A stretch of DNA of 64,000 nt from Candidatus Latescibacterota bacterium (GTDB lineage Bacteria; Latescibacterota; UBA2968; UBA8231), in contig CBDFJF010000001.1 of the NCBI GenBank assembly GCA_965248265.1, positions 2,432,001 to 2,496,000 of the forward strand. The letters run 5' to 3'. Of this stretch, positions 57,991-64,000 are shown piece by piece. The notes under the pieces were generated by a model, which saw only the letters and a list, made by a program, of their open reading frames with translations, was not told where the DNA came from and ran no database searches. The stretch's first letter is position 1; each line of letters begins with the position of its first letter. Both the position numbers and the translations under genes were made by a program.

Positions 57991-58956
57991 TTGACCCAGT
58001 GCGTGCAGATCCGGGTCGCTGAAGACGACGAGGCACAGCGACTGGATCGGTTCCTCGTTAGCCAGTGCCCACAGTTTTCCCGCAGCCGCATTCAATCCCT
58101 GATCGATGAACAGGCCATCAGCGTCAACGGCGCTCCGACTCGGGCCAGCTACCGGGTCCGGGGTGGCGATGACGTCTGCCTTGAACTGCCTCCTGCGGTG
58201 CCACCGATCGCCGTCAAGGCGGAGGACATCCCCCTCGACATTCGCTTCGAAGACCCTCACCTGATCGTCGTCAACAAAGCAGCCGGCATGGTCGTGCATC
58301 CCGCGCCCGGCTCATGGGACGGAACGCTCGTCAACGCCCTGCTCCACCACTGCACTGACCTGTCCGGAATCAACGGCGTGCTCCGCCCCGGAATCGTCCA
58401 CCGCCTGGACCGAGACACGACAGGGTTGCTGATTGTAGCCAAGAGCGACGAAAGTCACCGCAGCCTGGCCGCGCAGCTCGAGGAGCGCAGCCTGCAGCGC
58501 TGTTACACCGCTGTGGCCTGGGGTCATACCGAAGACGGCGGCAGCATCGACCAACCGATCGCTCGACATCCGCGCGAGCGCAAGAAAATGGCCGTGGTCC
58601 CCGGCGGTCGTGCAGCCGTGACGACCTACACGCGAGTGGAGGAACACGCCTTCGCCTCCTTGTTGGACGTACGCCTGCAGACCGGGCGCACCCATCAGAT
58701 CCGTGTGCACCTCCAGCATATCGGTCACCCTGTGTTCGGGGATCCTGTCTACGGTGGACGCGATGGGCATGTTCGCGGCATCATCCCGGAGCACCGGCCC
58801 CAGGCTCGTGCGTTGTTGAAACTACTCGACCGCCAAGCACTTCATGCGCGTTCGCTGACCTTCCGTCATCCGGTGTCAGCCGAGACCGTTTGCGTGGAAG
58901 CACCCTTACCGGCCGACATGGAGTCCGTTGTGGACGGGATCAGAGCACATTCCTAG
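57991..58956 (+). CDS. rluD: RluA-family pseudouridine synthase (RluD-like) with S4 domain
   Basis: RLDRFL, NKAAGMVVHP, RPGIVHRLDRDTTG, TGRTHQIRVH, GDPVYG, QALHA. Confidence 0.9.
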   Translation: MTQCVQIRVAEDDEAQRLDRFLVSQCPQFSRSRIQSLIDEQAISVNGAPTRASYRVRGGDDVCLELPPAVPPIAVKAEDIPLDIRFEDPHLIVVNKAAGMVVHPAPGSWDGTLVNALLHHCTDLSGINGVLRPGIVHRLDRDTTGLLIVAKSDESHRSLAAQLEERSLQRCYTAVAWGHTEDGGSIDQPIARHPRERKKMAVVPGGRAAVTTYTRVEEHAFASLLDVRLQTGRTHQIRVHLQHIGHPVFGDPVYGGRDGHVRGIIPEHRPQARALLKLLDRQALHARSLTFRHPVSAETVCVEAPLPADMESVVDGIRAHS

Positions 58957-59121
58957 GAGCCCGTTGTGAAACCTGCTTTAGAGCTGAGGTCGAGCAATTT
59001 CGGCCGATATCAAGGCGTGCGATCGAGTCGCATCAGTTACGATGCGACGAGTGAGCACAACGCCGAGATCGGACGAAAGGGCCGGCCTCAGGCCGAATGG
59101 GGGTTTTCAACGGGCTCATAG
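58953..59121. mobile_element. Long palindromic MITE/REP-like element (169 bp)
   Basis: Terminal IR CTAgGAGCCCGTTGtgAAACC / GGTTTTCAACGGGCTCaTAG; nested stems CTGAGGTCG/CGGCCTCAG, TTTCGGCCGAT/ATCGGACGAAA, GGCGT/ACGCC, GTCGCATC/GATGCGAC. Confidence 0.7.
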
Positions 59122-59373
59122 GGGTCCATCACGTCAGACATTCCTTGCCACCTCGTGCGAGCGCAGGTAGCTTTGATGATGCGTTGGCCGGCAACCTGGC
59201 TGACCTCCTCCTCCATCGACCATCCCCGTCAAACCCACCGACTCGATTTCCGTGATACTACACCGTTGGTACAGCAGTACCGGCGGGAGCATCCGGCCTC
59301 GTCTTGGCCTGGATGGCGTACCCGCATGGCACCGGTAACGGGGCAAAGGGTGCCTACGCACCCTTCATACTCA

Positions 59374-59889
59374 ATGCTGCTGTTGGCGATTGCGATTACC
59401 GGTTGCGGCAGCATCACACCGGCCCCGCGCTTCACTCCACACGAAAAGCGCGGCGCTCAGGAGGTGGTCCAGGAGCTGGGCTCCCGTCGGCAGGCCTTCC
59501 TGAGTGCGGATTCCAAACGCTTAATGCGCGTCGTAGACGGCTACCTGGGCGTGCCCTACCAGTGGGGTGGCACCTCCAGAAAGGGCATGGACTGCTCGGC
59601 CATGACCCGGGCCATCGTGCGTGAGACCTACGGACTCGAACTCCCGCGCACGTCGGGCCAGATGTACAGACTCGGAACCCCGGTCCGCCGCGGCAACGGC
59701 CTGCGCCCGGGTGATCTCGTGTTCTTCCGCATCGACACCTCGGGTCCGGGCGTTTCACACGTGGGCGTCTACGTGGGAGACGGACGTTTTGCCCATGCCA
59801 GTTCCAGTAGGGGCGGAGTCATCGACGAACTCACCCAACCCTACTTCCAGACGCGATACGTCGGAGGACGCAGAATACTGCCGCAATGA
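59374..59889 (+). CDS. NlpC/P60 (C40) peptidoglycan endopeptidase lipoprotein
   Basis: Lipobox ITGC; GVPYQWGG, GMDCS, LPRTS..M, PGDLVFF, SHVGVY, FAHAS; start uncertain (59326-59374). Confidence 0.88.
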   Translation: MLLLAIAITGCGSITPAPRFTPHEKRGAQEVVQELGSRRQAFLSADSKRLMRVVDGYLGVPYQWGGTSRKGMDCSAMTRAIVRETYGLELPRTSGQMYRLGTPVRRGNGLRPGDLVFFRIDTSGPGVSHVGVYVGDGRFAHASSSRGGVIDELTQPYFQTRYVGGRRILPQ

Positions 59890-61244
59890 GGGGACCGAGG
59901 ATCGAGCCGGTGGTCTCAAGCCGAGCCATGTTGCCCGTCTGCGGCGTGATAATGGAGGCCTGTTTCATCGGCATCGCCCTCGCCGGTGACCTGAGACCTC
60001 AGATCCACCTGCTGTGGGGGCTGGCCTTTCCGGCCTTTGCCTGCTATGCCCTGGCCTGCTGGCGCGCTCTGCGAACCGCTAAAAAGTCAACCCTTCCCCA
60101 GATCATCGGGTTCGCCATCCTCTTTCGGCTGACGCTGTTGTCGGCCACTCCCAGCTTGTCCGATGACATCTACCGTTACATCTGGGACGGGCGCGTACAA
60201 CTGGCAGGCATCAATCCCTATCAACACGCGCCGGAATCTCCTGCCCTGGAAGCGTTGCGTGATGACGTGTACTACCCGGCCATCAATCACAAGCAGATCC
60301 GCACCATCTACCCTCCCGTTGCACAGCTGTTTTTCGCCGCTGTATGCCTGATCGATACCAGTCTTGTGATGATGAAGGTCTGCCTGGTCCTGTGTGAAGT
60401 CGCCATGCTGTTGGTGCTACTGAAGATGCTGAGGCTGCGAGGATTGTCGCACGAGCGCCTGCTGCTCTACGCCTGGAACCCCCTCGCCGTTGTTGAAGTC
60501 GCCGGCAGCGGCCACATGGACGCGCTGGCGATCACCTTGCTGATGTTGGCGACTTGCTTCTTGCTGCTGGGAAGAAAGGTGTCCAGCGTGGTGGCCCTGG
60601 GAGCCGCGGTATTGAGCAAGCTGGTGCCGCTGCTCGCCGTGCCCGTGTTCTGGCGGCACATGGCCTCCGGCACCGGCACCCTGTGTTCGACATGGCTGGT
60701 GCCCAAGGGACGTGTCGCCATGCTCGGGCTTCCGTTGATGCTGATAGGCGGCTACGCCATCTACGCGGGAGCAGGCGCCAGCCACATCTTCGACAGCTTG
60801 ACGGTCTACTTGACGAAGTGGCGCTTCAACGACGGCATCTACACAATCTTGTACGAACTGCTGAGACAGCCTGAGCTGGCCTGGGATGATGTTGCCCTCG
60901 AACGTGCCCGTGTGGTGTGTTCGCTGGCCTTAGTCGCCATCGCCATCATTACGCTCATCCGCGTCCAGGATCCTCTCAAGATCGTCTTCATATTGATGGC
61001 CGCGCATCTGTTGCTGTCGCCGACCGTGCACCCATGGTACCTGCTATGGGTCCTGCCCTTTTTACCCTTTTTCCCCAGCATGGCCTGGATCTATCTCAGT
61101 GGCGCGTCGCTGCTGTCTTACAATGTCCTCGACGGATTCCACACAACTGGAGTGTGGCAGGAGGAGGCCTGGGTCAAGTGGGTGGAGTACCTTCCGTTCG
61201 TCATCCTGACGGCAGTCTCAAGGGTGCGCGAGCGAGCCCGCTAG
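59886..61244 (+). CDS. GT87/DUF2029-type polytopic glycosyltransferase
   Basis: LSDDIYRYIWDG, NPY..P, TIYPP, YAWNPL, GHMD, PTVHPWY. Confidence 0.8.
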   Translation: MRGPRIEPVVSSRAMLPVCGVIMEACFIGIALAGDLRPQIHLLWGLAFPAFACYALACWRALRTAKKSTLPQIIGFAILFRLTLLSATPSLSDDIYRYIWDGRVQLAGINPYQHAPESPALEALRDDVYYPAINHKQIRTIYPPVAQLFFAAVCLIDTSLVMMKVCLVLCEVAMLLVLLKMLRLRGLSHERLLLYAWNPLAVVEVAGSGHMDALAITLLMLATCFLLLGRKVSSVVALGAAVLSKLVPLLAVPVFWRHMASGTGTLCSTWLVPKGRVAMLGLPLMLIGGYAIYAGAGASHIFDSLTVYLTKWRFNDGIYTILYELLRQPELAWDDVALERARVVCSLALVAIAIITLIRVQDPLKIVFILMAAHLLLSPTVHPWYLLWVLPFLPFFPSMAWIYLSGASLLSYNVLDGFHTTGVWQEEAWVKWVEYLPFVILTAVSRVRERAR

Positions 61245-61368
61245 ACCGGTCCCGTCTTTTTTGGATGGAAGCCCACCACGCCTATATTCTAGTTCCGGTG
61301 CGCTGCTCCGAGCGACAATCGCAGAAGTGGCATTCACCCAGCAACTGATTAGCAGATCCTTGAAGTCC

Positions 61369-62061
61369 ATGTGGCGGAAATTTATGGTCCGTTGGCAGCC
61401 AAGATTAGCCCTTCTTATGGTCATTCTATGTATCAGCGGGATATTCTCCTGTATGGAGATGGTACGCCGTGCGGAGCCCAGCAGCGGCAAGCCGGATCCC
61501 TGGTGGGGACAGGGGAACCCATCAGAGCCCGAGAGTGTCAGCAATGAGGAGACGACCTCGAGTGCGGCGGAACCCGCTGTGGCGGTTGAGGGCGGCCCGT
61601 CGATGGAGCTCCCGGTTGAGGTACATCACGTGGCTACGGTGGGCCCGTCCGGCCAATCGCTGGCACAAGCCCACGCCAAACGCGGCCAATCCCGGGAAAA
61701 GAGCACCAGACAGATTAACGAATACGCCTATTGGTGCATCGAAAACAACATGTGGGACGAAGCCCGACTTCATCTGGAGAAGGCAGTGGGGCAGGACAGC
61801 CTGTCGGCCAGCTTATTCAACAACCTCGGTGTGATCTACGAACGGCTGGGCGAGACGGACCAGGCGGACTCCGCCTATGCCCGCGCAACAGCGCTGGTGC
61901 CCCAGGCTCAAGCCTATGCAGCGAATCTGAGACGGTTGCGGGAGCGAGCTGAAGCTGCGGTCCGGGCGTTCGCGGATTCAGCAGCGGTGGAGGAAGCATC
62001 GACGGACGCTGATGTTGGCGGATCGGCCACAGATCTCGCGGCACAGGACGATAGCGAATGA
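61369..62061 (+). CDS. Tetratricopeptide-repeat lipoprotein
   Basis: Hydrophobic signal ending IFSC; TPR pattern A..HLEKA..NNLGVIYE.LG..A..AY.RA. Confidence 0.7.
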   Translation: MWRKFMVRWQPRLALLMVILCISGIFSCMEMVRRAEPSSGKPDPWWGQGNPSEPESVSNEETTSSAAEPAVAVEGGPSMELPVEVHHVATVGPSGQSLAQAHAKRGQSREKSTRQINEYAYWCIENNMWDEARLHLEKAVGQDSLSASLFNNLGVIYERLGETDQADSAYARATALVPQAQAYAANLRRLRERAEAAVRAFADSAAVEEASTDADVGGSATDLAAQDDSE

Positions 62062-62102
62062 GGGCAACCAACCAAACGCAGCCTGTAGGGGGGAGTTTTC
62101 CG

Positions 62103-64000
62103 ATGGCCAGACTGCGCAGGGTAACCCGCGCACTCGCGCTCGCATTTATAGCTTCGCTGGTCCTCCCAAGCCTTGTCGAGGCACAGGATATCGTCTCCTC
62201 GCAGTTGCGCCAGGGGTTTGGCAAGAACAAGGTGCGCTACAAGGATTTCGATTGGCACTATGTAGAGTCCGAACACCTGGAACTGTACTACGAACCTGAG
62301 TTTGAGTACCTGGCGGATCAGGCCGTTCAGATTCTGGAAGAGGCCTACGACCACATCAGCGATATCATGCGCCACGAGCTGTCGGCGAAACCACCGATTA
62401 TAATCTTCAAGTCCCACTACGAATTTCAGCAGACCAATATCATCCACAGTTTTCTGCCGCCAGGAGTGGCCGGATTCGCCGAACCGCTGCGCTACCGGAT
62501 GGTGATTCCATTCGATGGCGATCTGGACGAATTCCGCAACGTGCTGACCCACGAGTTGATGCACATTTTCGAGTACGATGTCGTCAACCGCGGTCCGGTC
62601 AAACGCATCTCCAACCCGATCGCCAGTCCGCCTACTTGGATCATGGAGGGCATGGCCGAGTACGCGACGGAGGGCATGAACACGGTTGATGAAATGGTCC
62701 TGCGGGACGCAGTACTCACGGATGAGCTGTTGCCATTGCGCGTCATGGACTCCAGCTGGAATTACCTCCCCAACCCCTTCCTGGCCTACAAGCAGTCCCA
62801 CAGCTTGATGAATTACATCGCCGACAATTACGGACCGGAAAAAATCGGACGGATCCTGCGGGTGTGGGACGCTCAGACGAGCACGGACAAGCTGTTGGAG
62901 CGGCTCATCGACCTCGACATGCGGACACTCTACGAGCGCTGGTCCGCTCAGATGCGCAAAACATACTGGCCGCTGTTGCAGAGCAGAGATTACCTCTCGG
63001 AGCTGGCAACTCCGGTCGTTCACAGCGAGGACATGCAGGCCGTTCAGATGTCCCCACGGTGGTCCATCAGCGGTGATATGTTGGCCGTGCTGTCGACGGA
63101 TGGCGTCGAGAATCATGTCGACATCATTCGCCTGCGCAATGGCAGCTTGATCGAACGCGTCACCGGCCGCATGCGGACGACCGACTTCGACGATCTAACC
63201 ATGGGGCCGGGCACGGTGTCATGGGCACCGGATGGGCACACCATCGCCTTCGTTGCCAAGGACGGACCCGAGGACATTATCCTGCTGTGGGACCTCTACA
63301 ACAAGGAGCTGGGCAGCAGGTTCAAGTTCGACGGTCTGGAGGTCATCGAGGCGCTTGCCTGGTCACCGGACAGCCGCCGGCTGGCTTTCGCCGGCACCGG
63401 TTTCGGCCAACGCGACATTTACATCGCGGACATTTCCACGGGTGCACTGACTCAGGTGACCGGCACGCCACAGCGCGATGACTACCCGGCCTGGGCACCC
63501 GATGGCAGCGGCATCGCCTTCAGCTCGAAGAGCCACGGCCAGTTCGACATCAAGCTGTATGACCTCGAGTCGAGGCGGACCCGTTCCCTGGTCTCCAGTC
63601 CCACAGATGACCTGTGGCCGATATGGTTGCCGGAGGGCAACAAGATCGTCTTCGTATCCACTCGCGAGCGCATCAACGACCTGTTCGTCTACCACCTCGA
63701 AGAGAACAGGGAGTACCGCCTGACCCGCACCATCAGCGGGGTCATCGATCCGACACTGTCACCGGATGGCTCGCAAATCGTGCTGTCGACCTACTACCAT
63801 GGCAGGCGAGTCATCTACCGCATGGATATGCCCGAATGGCCGGAGGTCAAACACCAGAATGAAATCCTCGCGGCGCGAGCCCGGGATGCTCAACCCAGGT
63901 CGAAGACCAAAGCCGATACCTCCTCCGCTGAACTGGTGACAACGGCTTCACCCTCTGCGCTTGTCGCCATGGCCGAGGAACGCGTGGAGGACGTCGTCGA
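62103..64000 (+). CDS. Secreted peptidase-MA-like (HExxH) + PD40/TolB-propeller protein, probably Omp85-type, 3'-truncated; absent from the ORF track
   Basis: ATG 62103 after GGGGGA; signal peptide; FGKNKVRY.DFDW, EFQQTN, THELMHIF, WIMEGMAEY; repeats WAPDG/WSPDS/WAPDG/WLPEG/LSPDG all in this frame, open at the window end. Confidence 0.8.
   Translation, partial: MARLRRVTRALALAFIASLVLPSLVEAQDIVSSQLRQGFGKNKVRYKDFDWHYVESEHLELYYEPEFEYLADQAVQILEEAYDHISDIMRHELSAKPPIIIFKSHYEFQQTNIIHSFLPPGVAGFAEPLRYRMVIPFDGDLDEFRNVLTHELMHIFEYDVVNRGPVKRISNPIASPPTWIMEGMAEYATEGMNTVDEMVLRDAVLTDELLPLRVMDSSWNYLPNPFLAYKQSHSLMNYIADNYGPEKIGRILRVWDAQTSTDKLLERLIDLDMRTLYERWSAQMRKTYWPLLQSRDYLSELATPVVHSEDMQAVQMSPRWSISGDMLAVLSTDGVENHVDIIRLRNGSLIERVTGRMRTTDFDDLTMGPGTVSWAPDGHTIAFVAKDGPEDIILLWDLYNKELGSRFKFDGLEVIEALAWSPDSRRLAFAGTGFGQRDIYIADISTGALTQVTGTPQRDDYPAWAPDGSGIAFSSKSHGQFDIKLYDLESRRTRSLVSSPTDDLWPIWLPEGNKIVFVSTRERINDLFVYHLEENREYRLTRTISGVIDPTLSPDGSQIVLSTYYHGRRVIYRMDMPEWPEVKHQNEILAARARDAQPRSKTKADTSSAELVTTASPSALVAMAEERVEDVV

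Noticed and set aside
61914-63116. 400-aa minus-strand ORF
   Set aside because: Antisense to the real peptidase-PD40 gene starting at 62103

Overview
GC-rich bacterial chromosomal window with about 47 protein-coding genes and no rRNA, tRNA, CRISPR array or transposase that I could see. Gene content and synteny (yggS-yggT-ileS2-dksA-lspA-rluD, fused secDF, PQQ-type propeller, peptidase-PD40 outer-membrane protein) suggest a diderm of the FCB group, possibly Latescibacterota/Gemmatimonadota-like; this is inference only. The left half (1.7-30.7 kb, nearly all minus strand) is accessory. It holds a copper/silver efflux operon (Cys-rich leader ORF-cusC-cusB-cusA-copA) directly downstream of a sigma54 activator, a FixL-type heme-PAS hybrid kinase, an uncharacterised outer-membrane barrel plus two YceI genes, a xanthine-dehydrogenase-family coxMSL-moaD set, and a PsrA-like TetR-regulated RND pump. 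The right half is mostly housekeeping: dnaE, map (frameshifted), glcDE, ispB, apbE, secDF, ileS, lspA, rluD. The most interesting signal is non-coding. Two near-consensus sigma54 promoters, one before the barrel-YceI operon and one before the activator/copper operon, are each preceded by a tandem pair of the same palindrome (TGGGAC-N6-GTCCCA). This points to an O2/heme-sensing sigma54 regulon coupling a possible lipid/quinone-handling envelope module to copper efflux, perhaps with a second, leader-peptide layer of control. A 169-bp fully palindromic MITE/REP-like element overlaps the rluD stop codon. All family assignments come from motif recognition by eye; no database searches were run.
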